In this document: positions 14,580 to 27,990 of the stretch, in pieces
Numbering within the stretch: position 1 is the stretch's first letter
Layout of the letters: each line of letters begins with the position of its first letter
Assembly: GCF_036321535.1 (NCBI RefSeq)
Contig: NC_087437.1
Location: forward strand, 93,064,001 to 93,128,000
Source: Camelus dromedarius
Lineage: Eukaryota
Reading direction: 5' to 3'
DNA: 64,000 bases
Program-made: the position numbers and the translations under genes
Notes under the pieces: model-generated
Told to the model about the DNA's origin: nothing
Database searches by the model: none
What the model saw: only the letters and a program-made list of their open reading frames with translations

Positions 14580-15877
14580 CAGGCACACCTCCTTTTGCTG
14601 TGCTCCACTCTATTGTGCTTCACAGATAATTACATTTTGTACAAAATGAAAGTTTATAGAAACCCTGTTTTGAGCAAGGCTATGGGCACCATTTTTACAA
14701 GAACATTTGCTCACTTTCTATCTCAGTCCCAATTTTGGTAATTCTCACAATCTTTTAAACTTTTTCATTATTGTATTTGTTATGGTGATCTGTGGTCAGT
14801 GATCTTTTTTATTGAAGTATAGTTGATTTACAATATTATCTTACTTTGAAGTGTACAACACAGTGATTCAATATTTTTTTAGATTATACCCTATTTAAAG
14901 TTATTATAAAATAATGGCTATGTCTCCCTGTGTTTTACAATGTATCCTTATAGCTTATTTATTTTGTACATAATAGTTTGTGTCTCTTAATCTCCTACCC
15001 CTATTTTGCTCCCCACTTTCCCTCTCCCCACTGGTAACAACTAGTTTGTGAGTCTATTTGTTGTATTTTTTTATATTCATTTGTTGGTTCTGCTTTTTAG
15101 ATTCCACATGTAAATGATAACATTGAATATTTGTCTTTCTCTGACATTTCGCTAAGCATAATACCTTCTAGGTCCATCCACATTGCAAATGACAGAATTT
15201 CATTATTTTTTATGGCTGAGTAATATTCCATCTCTGTGTGTGTGTGTGTGGTGTGTGTGTGTGTATTTATATCACAGTTATCTATTCATCTGCTGATGGA
15301 CACTTAGGTTGCTTCCATATCTTGGCTATTACAAACAATGCTACTGTGAACATTGGGATGCATGTATCTTTTCAAATTAGTGTTTTCATTTTCTTCATAT
15401 ATATGCCCAGGATTGGAATTGCTGGATCATGTGGTAGTTCTGTTTTCAGTTTTTTGAGGAACCTCCATACTGTTTTCCATAGTGGCTGCACTAATTTGCA
15501 ATCCCTTCAGCAGTGTACTAGGTTTCCCTTTTCTCTACATCCTCGCCAACATTTGTTGTTTGTAGACTTTTTGATAATAGCCATTCTGACAGGTGTTTGG
15601 TAACCACATCATGGTTTTGACTTGCTTTGATGTTACTACCACAACTTGCCAAAGACTCAGATGATAATTAGCATTTTTTAGCAATTAATATTTTTTATTT
15701 AAGGTATGTACATTGTTTTTAGTCGTAATGTTATTGCACACTTAATAGACTACGATATACTGTGAACATAACTTTTATATGCATTGAAAAACCAAAGAAT
15801 TTGTGCAACTTTATCACAATATACACTTTACTGAGGTGGTTTGGAACTGAACCCACAATGTCTCCTGGGTATGCATA
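14580..15877 (+). mobile_element. Internally deleted Tigger1-type DNA transposon interrupted by an L1
   Basis: Left end caggcacacctccttttgctgtgctcc and right end tctcctgggtatgcata resemble the Tigger1 terminal inverted repeats (TIRs). The two halves rejoin at gatcttt|gatgttacta. Confidence 0.75.
14805..15625 (-). mobile_element. L1 3' portion (ORF2 end plus 3' UTR), antisense, nested in Tigger1
   Basis: ttttttattgaagtatagttgatttacaat...ggaattgctggatcatgtggtagttctg...ctccatactgttttccatagtggctgcactaatttgca. This explains ORF 15238-15603. Confidence 0.9.
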
Positions 15878-16163
15878 CACTTGTACGTAAATAAACTTCT
15901 AAAGCAATTCATAGGAGAAGAAAATGGAGATAATGGTATTTTTTTGCCCCATTTTTCTGGTGATTATCTGGTTATCTTGGAGGTGCTACCTTTTTCTAAT
16001 CCAGTCTACTTCGGCAGAGGGAGTGGTGGTGTGCCCTCATCATGTGACACATCAGGAGTTACTGTAGAGAGGTGTGGTACGGCGGGCAAGTGGGTTACTA
16101 TGTCCAGTAATACAGTGCCAGGAAAAAACACCAATACTAACACTGCAGTATTAATTCCAGGTA

Positions 16164-16527
16164 CAATTAACCCTTGAACAACACATGTTTGAACTACAAA
16201 GATCCTTTTCTTTAATGTAATGTTTTATTTCTTAAGATAAAAGGAATCTGATATTTTTTATTGTTATCCATGCTGCTTGTGATGTAAGATAACTATGTGA
16301 ATTCCATGGTGGTTGTTTTCAGTAAGGATGTTAAAATACTCAGCAGTCAGATTCCCCTTGTGTGGGTTAGGCGTGTCTTCTTATACGTGAATATTTTTCA
16401 GTGTTAAATACTACACTGCTACACTGCACGTGGTGGTTGAATCTGTGGATGTGGAGGAACCGAGGATATGGAGGGCCAACTATAAGTTAATTGCAGATTA
16501 ACCCTCTCCTTGTTCAGGAGTCAACTG
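16164..16527. mobile_element. Tigger2-type non-autonomous DNA transposon carrying an internal insert
   Basis: TIRs caattaacccttgaacaa and ttgttcaggagtcaactg, each flanked by TA. Confidence 0.7.
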
Positions 16528-19500
16528 TAATACCAAAATAGTGCATTGATGGTATTTTTTTTTTATTAAATTCCTCTTAGAGGTCTAGAAAAAGAGAAGT
16601 GAAATATTTAATTCATTTAAAATATAAACACGTACAAACATTTTAAAATGGCAAATAAAGCATAAATTAAAATCTGAGCATTAAACAAATATCTTGCTGA
16701 TTTAAAATATTGGCAGATAAAGTCGAATGTAATCCTAAGAATCAGCTATCTGAACAAAATGATGAAAATTTAATCATACATTTAAAAACTAAAAAAAAAT
16801 TTGTAATCATTTTTAAAATTTGAATTTAAAAAATAAAGTGCATTAAAGTGTTGTCATCACTGAGTTAGTACCAAATCAGTTTCCATGAAAAATTTTCTGG
16901 CTCTTCAGAAATCTCCTTGTAGTCCTATCCTAGACTGGGCAGTGGTAAGGAGAAAGTTACACTGGACAGATTACTCCAGATATTTTCTTCATTTTCAGGT
17001 AATAAATTGTCTTATCTAATAATTTTGGGGATGGTAGGTAAGGACTGCAGTCTTCTACAGAGCTTGTTGCCAGTTTTGTTTCAAAGAAAGTTGTTTTGGT
17101 TTCCCTCCTTAATTTGACTCCATTTTCTTTAGTTTCATCATATATTGATAGAGATTCAAATGCAGAGTGACCTGAATTGTTTTCAATACTGTCATGTTCA
17201 TATTCCACTTGTTCAGAAAGCCTTTGAACTAAAATATCTTGCAACAGAAGCTTTGCCTTCGCGGTTGTCATTTTCTCCTTCCTCTTGGGGATGCTATGTT
17301 ATAGAAGAACATTTTCTAAATGAGTACACCTTCATTCCACGTGAAATTTTAATGCTTTATATAACTCTCTGGGTATATCTCAAAACATAAATGATTCAGA
17401 TTTCTCATTTAAAAAATACTGAACTAGCAGAGTTAAATCAACATAACTGGCAATGCCTCACTACTATAATACAGCATGATTGTCCAGAAAGCTGAAAACT
17501 CATGTTGTAGTCATAAAACACATTCCCCATGACATCAGCTATTAATGCATAAAACTGAAATGTCACAAATAATCTGGAATCAACAGGACTCACTGAGGTG
17601 TTCACTCATTTATTTATTCATTCATTTAATTTAAACTCATTGTTTCCATGTCAATTTCTGGGTATAAGTACAGCGTGGTTGTAACTGGAGTTGTGTGAAG
17701 GCAAAAAAGTTCATGCTTGATAGCTTTTATAGTACCAGTGAGGACATCATTTGAGAGTGGAGGGAGTAAGAGACGTTGGAGAAAAAGGTGAAAGTATGAA
17801 ATAGACATCTTCAGGTGTGAGAATACTAGAGAACCAGAGTAGGATATCTAGGTAATATTAAATGTGCGTTGGAGATTTTTAATCAAGATTATATATTGAA
17901 TCAGCCTTTTGGCTGGGTGACTTTTTTTTTTCTAGAAGGCCATGGTTGATCAAGGGTTGAAATTTTGTCAGGCATCTGTCAAAAAGAGGGAAGGATTTTG
18001 AAAGCATTAGAAAATAAGCGATATAATACAGAACCAATAAATCACTGGTTCTCAAAACTGCACACTGAAATGATCTGAAGAGTTTCAAAATATACTAGAA
18101 ATTGTGATTGAATTGGTCTTGGCCGTAGCCTGGCCTTTGGAAGTTTTAAAAGACTCCTTCAGGCTAGGAAGTAAAGAGAATTCCAGGAGGATATAAAAGA
18201 TAAAGGAAAGTTCTCTGGCTCTAGAAGAGAAATCGTAGAGGGCATGGTATGAGGATGTAGGAGGAAAAGAAGGGAAGTTGGGATGGAAGATGAGTATGTG
18301 GTGAGTCCACCCGTCAGTGAAGGGCCAATGAGGGACCAGGAGGCTGGACTTGAACTTCTCAGAGCCAACAAGGCAAACAGGAATGGGGCTGCTTCTGGAG
18401 TTTTCCTGGTCGGTATTGAGAAACTCTCTCAAATATACTTTTATCAACAAATAAAATTTAAATGAGAAGCCTTTTCTGCTTTTCTATATTGTTTTCTCTA
18501 TAAACAAACTAAAATCATGACCTTAGAGTAAACTAGTTTTTTATTAATAATGTGGGTCATCTGATATGTGTACATATGTTTTTATTACTTTCTTGTTTAG
18601 GAGTCTCATTACCACAGTGTTATTTCTCATTTCTTTAATGAGTGATACCTGAGGAGAAAGAGACATAATTACAAACTGGCAATTTTCTCTCTCAGCAGTA
18701 TTATGAAATTTCCACTACTAAAGTTGAAGGATTTTCTCAATATGATTATATTGTATTTTGACATTTGAAATTCTGTGGGACATTCTTTAATGAATATGTT
18801 ACATTCTCCCTGAAGCCACAGGGAGAGTTGGATGGATTTTGTGTCAGTCTGCATTTAGTGATAGCTACATTATACTTCAGTGTAAAATGTGTGCTTCTAC
18901 TTCACATCTTCCATCTGTGATTGTTTAGTGTCAAACTTGTAAATTCTTCTTTTTTCCAAGAGATAGGAATACAATAAAAATTTAAATGTCTTCCCGCTAA
19001 GTGCTGGAATTGAAGCAGTTATAAGAAGACAAAATACACTCTGCCGAACAGTAGGAGTGCTAATTTTTGGCATTTTCTCTTAGCTTGTTGAGGCAAGTTT
19101 ACTGAATGTAGCACCGCTAGGAGAGGTCTATAAAACTGAGCTGTGAAAAACTGCAATATTCTCAATATGAGCTGTTGCAAATGGCTTGAAGCCCTGGTAA
19201 AATGCTCAGAGACACAAGGAGAATCTATTTTAAATGGCGTAGACTTAGAAGTAATGGCCCTGATTTGATTCACAACGCACTGATAACCAATTTGGGCTGG
19301 CGTTTAATGAGAACTTACCACGAGTATGACATTGTGCTCAGAGTTAAGGAGGTGCCACTGCAGTTACCTGGGGAGCTTTAAATCCTGAAGCCCAAGCCCC
19401 ATCAGTCTTTCAAGCCTGAGTCAGTGAGCTTGAAGCTGTGGCACAAGTTGTTTTTAAAAAATCTCACCAAGTGATTTTAATTTGTGGAGATACAACATAG

Positions 19501-20688
19501 AGATCCGCTGACGGGAGGGAAATGCAGAAATGAAAGGTGGGCCAAAGACAGATCCAGATGGTGCTGGAATCACTGGAGGTGGCTGATTGGCTCACCTCTC
19601 CCTCTCCCCCACATGATTTAAACACCCTTGTCAGTACTGGAAATGTTCCTTCTGCCAGATTAACTTTCCCAAAAGAACCTTCAAATCCTTGCTGATCATA
19701 ACCTGGGAGAAGAGTCACTTTACAGAAGCTCCACCTTAACCTATTGGAAAAGGTTTCTGATGTAACTCACCCCTAGTTGTCCGTAGCCCACTCACGTTGA
19801 CCAGATTGACTACGTCACACCCTTTACAAATAGGAAAAGTTTCTACTAATGATCTGGATTTTGAGAGGAAATAAGAAGCAACTGAACCTATATGTCCTGA
19901 ATTCTCTCAGTCTTGATCTCAGAGCAGGACACCTGCATGGGCCCTGCGTATCTTTTGGAATATGTATGGCTGTCAGTGGTGTCAATGTGTGTGGTGTTAC
20001 TGACTCTTCCGAAACTACTCTTCAGCTGGGCTGATCTCCTACTGAAGTCCCAAAGAAAGGAGTTAGAGCAACGGTATGAGAGCCACTGTGGTCTTTATCC
20101 ATCTAAGCAAGGTCTGCTACGCTATGGTCCTTTGCCTCTAGGCCTTTTGTATCAGAAACAAGAATTTTTCTCTCTTTGGTTTATTTCTCTAAAACTGCTT
20201 CATAAATTGGGATATTAATTACTAATGTTGGTTCAGTTGTTTATTTTCATTAGAGAGACTTGTAGGGAAAGTAAAATTCTTTTTCTGTACAAAAGTCTTA
20301 TGAATTTTGGGCCAAAGCCTACCGTCTAGGGCATTGACTTTTGTCCTAGAGAATGTATATCATCATAGCACCATAAAGAAAAAGAATTTCCACACATGAG
20401 AGGCACTTGTTTTCCTTTCCATCTCTGTCTCCTCAAGGTAAGATAATCATAAGTAGGAACTTCAACTTGTATACTGTGTAGCAGATTTCCTAATCTAATG
20501 AAACAATAAAGTAGGCCTGGATCTTAAAGTAAGTCCCAGTGAAAAGAGCACAATTTTTTCTAAAGTTAATACCATAATTCTTTGCTCTTAAAAACACACA
20601 AACACACACACTATATATATATACTTGGTGTGTATGTGTATATATATATATAATATATGATGTATGTTTTATTTATTTTCACATATAT

Positions 20689-20693
<5 letters not shown>

Positions 20694-20736
<43 letters not shown>
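20694..20736. repeat. (TG)21 microsatellite, preceded by a TA/CA-rich tract
   Basis: Read directly from the sequence. Confidence 0.95.
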
Positions 20737-20738
<2 letters not shown>

Positions 20739-22009
20739 CACTGAATGTTCTCACTATCTACAAAGCTCTGGATTAGAAAGAGACCCATAATATATAAACC
20801 TGTCCAGCTCCATTGTTGAGTTGTAGATGGTTGAGTTTGCAGAATGGAGGAACTATGTACTCTAACATTATTTAGAAACGTACAAATCCCGTCAAGCCTT
20901 CTTCATTGCTTTATTACTTGGCATTTAAAAAAAAAAAACTCCAGAGCCTCACGTCATGAGCTTCAGTGTCCCACAGCAGTATCCTCAAAATTCAGGGAGT
21001 CAGCTAGGTTCAGGATCCTCTGTCAAATTGCTCATCTTCTTAAGGACAGAAAAATAGGATGTAATCCTAGGACATGTGAGTCAAGATAAATTCATATATA
21101 ATGGGCATCATACATAGCCCTGAATTCCTAATTTTGTTGTATCTTCAACTAAGCCTCCCCATGATCCAATCCCAGAGTCCCACCTGAATGATAACCTTGA
21201 TTTATTGGTGGAATCTGCCTAAATGAGATACCAATAAATGAATAAGCATCCTGTTCTCCGCCACTGGTCCCATGGCATGAGTTTTCTTTACTTTCATGAT
21301 ATTTCTGCTGTGGTATTAGGCTCTTGATTCATTTCTCGCCCTCACTAATTCTCTCCTCTCCAGTTTTACTTTAAAGTAAGTCTTGTTTTTCGGCTCACAG
21401 CCTTTTAGAACTTCTCATAGGCTTCTACAGGTCATCAGGAAACCCACAGATCTTCCTTCCGAAAACGATTGATCAGAGAGTTTATTTTAGGCTCTGAGGC
21501 TGAATGACTGACTCTTCCAGTATTATTCAAGTAGGCTGTAAAGATCCTTTTAACCACAGGATGCAAAAGTTGTTTGATTTTATACTACTAGAGCTGGTGA
21601 GCTGCATGTATGGTTGTCATCTCTTGGAATGTGATGGTGACTGCTCTAAACACAACTAATCTGCTCTGGCAACCTTTCTTCTGAGCAACTTTCTGGCAGG
21701 AGATAGGATTTAGAAGGCGAATTTCTCTGCCTCTAAAACTTTAGATTCTTATCTGAGTTTTACCTCTCCATGCCAGCTCACTCCCCCAAACAAAGCAGGA
21801 TGGTGAAATATACTCAACTAATCTCAGTTAGTAGAGAGATTAAATTCCTTAGAAAACACAGTAATTTTTTATTTTTCCTTTCTCACTAGAGAAACATAGA
21901 TTTCTCTTTGGGAATATATTTTCCTTGAGGGATTAAGGAGATGCATATTATTTGGGTGACTTGTCTTAATTCTTTGTGCATACTATTCGAAAAATAGTTA
22001 TAATATCCT

Positions 22010-22200
22010 AAATATCTACCCTGAGCAAGGTAGTGCTATAAATACTTTACGTATAGTATCTTAACCTGAGTTACAACCCTAAGAGGTTAGAATGATTATC
22101 TTCATTTCACACATGAGGAGAATGAACGGTTTAGTGGCTTGTTTAGATTAATACAAGAGCCAGAATTTGAGCCCAGTCTGTCTGCCTCCAAAAGACCGCT
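22010..22200 (-). mobile_element. MIR SINE
   Basis: acaaccctaagaggttag...attatcttcatttcacacatgagga...gagccagaatttgagcccagtctgtctgcctccaaa. Confidence 0.65.
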
Positions 22201-24792
22201 TGATATAAACTAATTTATTATTCCTCTTTTCCCCTCGGTGAGGGGGCAGGGCTTGTTCCAAGGCCGCCTTGGATACCAAAGTCCAAGGCGGCTCAAGTCC
22301 CTGTGTAAAATCACATAGTGCAGTCAGCTCCCTGGCTTCCACAGCCTGGGATGTGGAGGGCCAACTCTGCTGTTATTTTACCTGAAATGTATGCCAAAAT
22401 TGTCAGTGATGTTGGCAAATCTCTAGCTATAGACGTCCCTCTGGAGGAGATGAGTCAAAGAGGAATGTAACAAACCAAATTTCATATTGTGTGGCGATCT
22501 ATGAGATAAATCAAAGAAGAAAGTAACATTCTCAGATTTCAAGCCTGAATTTGAAATGACTTGTTAGTCCTCGTTCTACAGTGATTCAGCACCTAACTGC
22601 CATGTCAGACACCAGCCTGGGACCTGGCTAACGGAAGACGTAGGCATTAGCTCAAGGAGCCCCCTGTCCAAGGAGGGGAGGAGACTGACGAAGCCAGACA
22701 GAAGTAGGTCTGTTAGATGATAAATGTCACCTTCCAGATCTGCGCTGAGCGGTGTGAGTCCCCCAGGGAAGAACACTGAACTGGTACTCAGGGGAGGGAG
22801 TGGTGGGCCACCAGGAAAGGCTTACAGCAGGCAGGGGGTTAAGTTTCAAGTGCCCCTTCTCTCTCTGTCCTGATTCTCCGTGACTGTCCCCCACTGGAAC
22901 AGTGACTAGGGAAAGCTAGGCAGGTGAAATAGAATGAGGGACATACTAATTTAGAATGTGGATGATGAGAGAGAAGCCAGGTCATAGAGAGCTATTGAAG
23001 GGTTTTCAGGAGATTGACATTGTCAGATCCACGGTATAGATATGTTACTCGACTGAAAATGTGAGAGATGGATTTCAGGGGCAGTCACCTCCAACTAAAT
23101 ATAGCACTGCAAGATCCTCTGCCCCTGGAGTTCTTTAAAACGGGTCTAAAATTGTAGGTCTCAGTTCTTTCTATACTAGTCACATCAATCAATAAGTTGG
23201 ATATATCCCTCGTGGATGAGTTCAAAGTCATTTTCTTCATTTTTTTTTAAATAAGATTTTTCTGAAGATTATGAGGAAAATAAAGCTACCGTTTTCCAGA
23301 GCCATGGGAATACTAGGATCCCTCTGATTATTCCCTCAAATAAAAGACACTTAATTGTTAATTCTGCCTAAGTTATGTGGTGTAAGGATAAAAATATCAT
23401 TACATTATTTAGGTAAATCATGTTTACTGAATATCTCCAAAGTGATCAAGTAATAGTACTTGAATACCACTTTTTGTTCTGTGTGGACCATAGATATGTT
23501 TCTTTGAATGTACAAGTTGGAATCAACCTCTGCATTTTATTTCATAATTCAGAAATGATCCAGGTACTTGATTTAAGCAGTTTTAAAAATATAAGGTAGT
23601 ATAGGTATAGCTCACATTATGAAGTAACTGTCATTTAGAAAAGTTTTCTTTCATTTCAGAGTTTATAAAATGAATGACTTGAGATACATTTGAAAAATGT
23701 ATTATTTTAAAGAATTCGGTAACATGGCAAAGAATTACCACCTGATTTATCTTTCAGGAAAACATTTTCATATAATTAAGTTGCTTAAAGTAAGTTGTAC
23801 CTGTAGAAGTGTAAATTACAAATTTAAAAGAAAGACAGCATAACTTTTAAAGCATAAGCAGTTGATAAACTATATTATAAAAAAGCCTACAATACAATAG
23901 TTCTCTGCCCTTTATAAACATATTTAGGAAATGTATTGAAAATTAACTAAAAAGTTTATGCTATTAAACTTTAAAAATGTCAACTTTTAGTTTTTATAGA
24001 GGAATTTCATAGCCTGGGAGAAACAGCCCAGAAACAGCTTTGCATCTTTGTTCACCATTGTCTAATGGACCCTTATGAGTTATTTTTAGTAAAAATTAAT
24101 GATAGATATTTGAGCTCCACCAACACACACAAAATCACCATTCATTTTAAAATGCACTGGAATGACCATTTGGGGATGATAAGATGACAGACATAAAAAT
24201 TTGAAAACCTAGGTAATCCACACCTTTTCAATATTTTAATCATATATGCATTATGATTATATAAAGGTCGTAAGTTAAATGTTCATGATATACTTGATGC
24301 CAAATTGGTAAGATGGGTAAGTAAATTTATTGTGAAGTTGTTATGCTGAGTTATTTTTATAGTTTCTTCTTACCACCCTAGTCAGCCTTAATAACACCTT
24401 TCCACAAACAAGAAGACATTCTGATATCTTGGATTATTCCAATATATTATCTCCAGTTTAGTAAGAAATTATCGATTATATTATGTGCTTCACATGTCAA
24501 TTCACATTCATATTTTCTTTACTTTTTCTTTATTTAACATAAAAATGCTGAGCACTTTGAATAGTATTTTTAAAGATCAGCCTCTTTTATGCCTAGCTAT
24601 AGACTTTAAAATAGTAGCATGACAGAACTTAATTATTACATGTTGTACAAATAAACATTTATGGTGCTGGTACATTTTGAAAAATCCATTTATTGACTTT
24701 TTAAAAGGCATTTTATTTATTAAAGAAAGGTCTTCTGAAAGCTATGTGAACTAATAGGACACTCTCTGTCTTTTAATTAGGAGACTTTTCAG

Positions 24793-24793
<1 letters not shown>

Positions 24794-24830
<37 letters not shown>
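24794..24830. repeat. (TG)18 microsatellite
   Basis: Read directly from the sequence. Confidence 0.95.
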
Positions 24831-24833
<3 letters not shown>

Positions 24834-25377
24834 GGCTCTCCTATAAATGAGGCCAAATACATATTAACAGAATAAATAAAAATAGTCAAACACGTTCTTC
24901 TGCTTGCAAAGTTGGAAAGTTACCATTCAGGTATTTGTTAGTCCTAATATTTTTAGAACCAGACTTTCCTACAGTTCCTAAAATGAGCTTGATGGGAATA
25001 AAATCCAGGGGGCAGTGATCCCATGGTCCAGCTAGGCTCCCTTTATGTAGTCTTTGAAGATGTTTAATCAAACAATTCCTTGACTACCTGATTCAGACAG
25101 CATGCACCTTCTGTACATCGAGAAGTTTGTGTGCACTTCTTTTCAGCAACATGCCTGTCTTTCTGGTTTCATAAACATGCCTGATTCATGCACTCTCAAC
25201 ATGGGTGATAGCACCCCAGTGGGAGTGAAAATTGATTGTTAAAGGAGGGCAAAAAATATCTTAGGTATTATAATAGTTACCCTGCAGAGCATCACAGCAT
25301 ATAGACACAGATACGCAGTAGATCTGCAGTATTTACATTTCATGGGGTGGAAACAGGGAAAAAAATATCTTAAAAGG

Positions 25378-25380
<3 letters not shown>

Positions 25381-25412
<32 letters not shown>

Positions 25413-25574
25413 TGAGTGGAGGGCAGTTTTATGTGTGTGTGTGTGTGTGCAGTGGATGGGGGCAGTTGTGTGTGTGTGTGTGTAGTGGGTGGAGGGCAGG
25501 TGTGTGTGTGTGTGTGTAGTGGGTGGAGGGCAGTTGTGTGTGTGTGTGTGTGTGTGTGTAGTTGGAGGGGGCAA
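25381..25574. repeat. Compound minisatellite of (TG)n blocks separated by AGTGGGTGGAGGGCAG-like spacers
   Basis: Five TG blocks and five related G-rich spacers. Explains the three HT-repeat ORFs on the minus strand. Confidence 0.9.
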
Positions 25575-27589
25575 TAGTACATAAAATTGAAAATACTGTA
25601 TTATTTGTTGTAACTTCTGGCTCTTTTATTCCAGTGTTGCCCACTAGATTCTGTTTATCTCAAAATAGTATCTCAAGGATAATCATTTCAGTTTTCTAGT
25701 TTGATGTGTAGTTTCTACTTTTCTAGTAGACAAGTGAAATTTTAGTCATGGCTTGGCCATTCCCACATAACTAAATGTTCTTTTTGTAAAATAAAACAGA
25801 GACGTTGGCCTCATATTCTTCCTAAAAGTGGTATTAATGAGGGTTCTTATTCCCTTGGAAAATACTCCTCAAGTAGCTAGAAAAAGAAGGGATTTAAGTT
25901 TTAAATATTTTTGAAAGTGGAAAAAAAAAAGTTTTGAATGACCGCCAGCCTACTTCCAATTTAATTATTTTATTCTTGGCTTTTTTTTTTTCCCTTGCCA
26001 GTATATGCTGCCCCCAACTAAATGAGGGCAAGAGTTGCCTGAGCAAATATAACATCAAAGGCCAGACAGCTTATGATAAAGAATTGAAACTTTTACATTC
26101 TAATTTTTCTTTCTATAGACACCCATCATTTTTTGAGTAAAAGACAAGGATATCTGTTCATATTTAATTAGTTGACTTTAAGGTTACATGTTTAAATTGG
26201 AAACAATTCTAATATCTCTGTATTGTTATATGCATATTATGAAAATTATTTATTTTTGTTAATAAGAAAATAACATAATCATTATACACATTAACATTTA
26301 ATATATTGAAATCCACTATATAGACAGTTTTGTTTCCTAAAATCTGTTTCTGTCTATGTAACTAACCATGAGTACACAAAACGCTTGCTTCCTTTTGAGT
26401 CAGAAACATTTTAATGTTTGTTTTATCATGAGAAGATTACTTGGAAAAGGCAGATACAATCATTATGACTCACCAATAGAAAAACAGAATTTTTGAATTT
26501 TAATAATTAGCAGAACATTTGCTGTTTTCTGACCCTTATCATAAGATATTTTATGCCAAGCAGTATTTACCCTACAACTTGATGGTGTACTCTAGTCACA
26601 TCTAAATTGTTTTAAGTTGTAGTTAAATAAATGTCTCCTTTTATAGTAAGGCTAAACATACAATATCAACAGTAAGCACTGGACTGGAGACAGTTCTTTT
26701 TACTATGATTTTTATACACTTTCGTTTTATTTTGATAATCATAATGAAATAAATAGGAGAGGAATCTGAGAAACTATTAAAAACTTTTGCAACAGAGGTT
26801 ACTAACCTGTGAAGCTAATTGGTATTTTTATCTGTTTCCATCTGCTTTGCCAGACTCCATTATATAGTTATGTGTGTTAATCCCTCTTTCTCACACTCAG
26901 ACCCTTGTAGATCTCCTGCTGCCCGAGTCTCTACATTCGGCAAACTGGCTTCCAAGACCGTCATTGACCTGCAGGTCTCTGCTCCCACTTCCTCAACTCT
27001 CTTGATCATCTGGTTCCATCTGACGCCCCTTGTGTCTTCCTTCCCTGCCTTGTTTTATCAACCATGACCCTGCGTGTCCTTCACAATCTCCTTTTCACCT
27101 TGTTTCTCTTACATTGTACATATTACCTCAGGTGTCCTGGGTCTTCTTTATTTTTTTACCCTTACTCTTTCTTTCTCAGAAAGCTCATCTACTTCTAGGC
27201 TTTGGGCATCTCTTTAATGTAGATAATCCCCAAATCAACATCTCAAAATCAACCTTTTGTTCTAAGCTACACATGTAAATTTGGAAGCTGCCTGTCTGAG
27301 ATCTTTACGTGGTATCTTGCTGGCTCTTCAAAGTCACTGAATCCAAAACTGGAATCATCCTCTCTACAAACCATAATGCCTTTTAATTTTTTTATTAGTG
27401 TCACCATCTCTATTCCAGTAACCATTAGATGAACTCTTAAGAGTCGTTTCAGTGGCTCCTTCCTCTTTCTTGTTCATGACATCCAGCCAGTAGCCAAGTC
27501 ACAGCATCCTTATTCTTTATGTCCTTTTCCCTGTATACACTCCTACGTAATTTTCCTATGTATATTACATTTCTTTAAACTTTTAAAAT

Positions 27590-27990
27590 TTATAAAGCAT
27601 TTTTCTATGCATAATTTCACTTAGTACAGTCAACCTGCAAAGTCAGTATACTTTTTATCATTTTCATTTTGAGGTAATATAGCACAGTGGTTGAGAATTC
27701 AAGTTTGGAGACAGTCTTCCTCCCTGTATCACTGAATCTTTTGGTGCTTTACATTCATCATCTCAAAAATGGGTATTATAATGATACCTATTTTACTGAG
27801 CACTTGTAAGAATTAATACATTTAATGATGTGAAGTCTTTGGTATAATGCCTTGCATGTAATAAGTGTTTAAAAAGTGTAAGTTCTAACTATATTACAAA
27901 TAAGGGAAAGTTACATAGCTTGAGGTTACATATTTTAAGTGATAAACTGAGTCCTAAAATCCATGTCTTTTGTGTCTATATCCCATGCTT
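27590..27990. mobile_element. MIR cluster (a + strand MIR at ~27675-27890 within or beside - strand MIR pieces)
   Basis: tatagcacagtggttgagaa...catcatctcaaaaatgggtattataatgataccta...taatgccttgcatgtaataagtgttt. Confidence 0.6.

Noticed and set aside
15238..15603. 121-aa ORF resembling many database 'hypothetical proteins'
   Set aside because: It is an antisense translation of L1 sequence.
22581..22591. GTGATTCAGCA as an NRF2 antioxidant response element
   Set aside because: A single degenerate motif, apparently within an old L2-like relic, with no supporting context from sequence alone.
25239..25644. His/Thr-rich ORFs in three frames
   Set aside because: They are translations of the (CA)n/(TG)n compound repeat.
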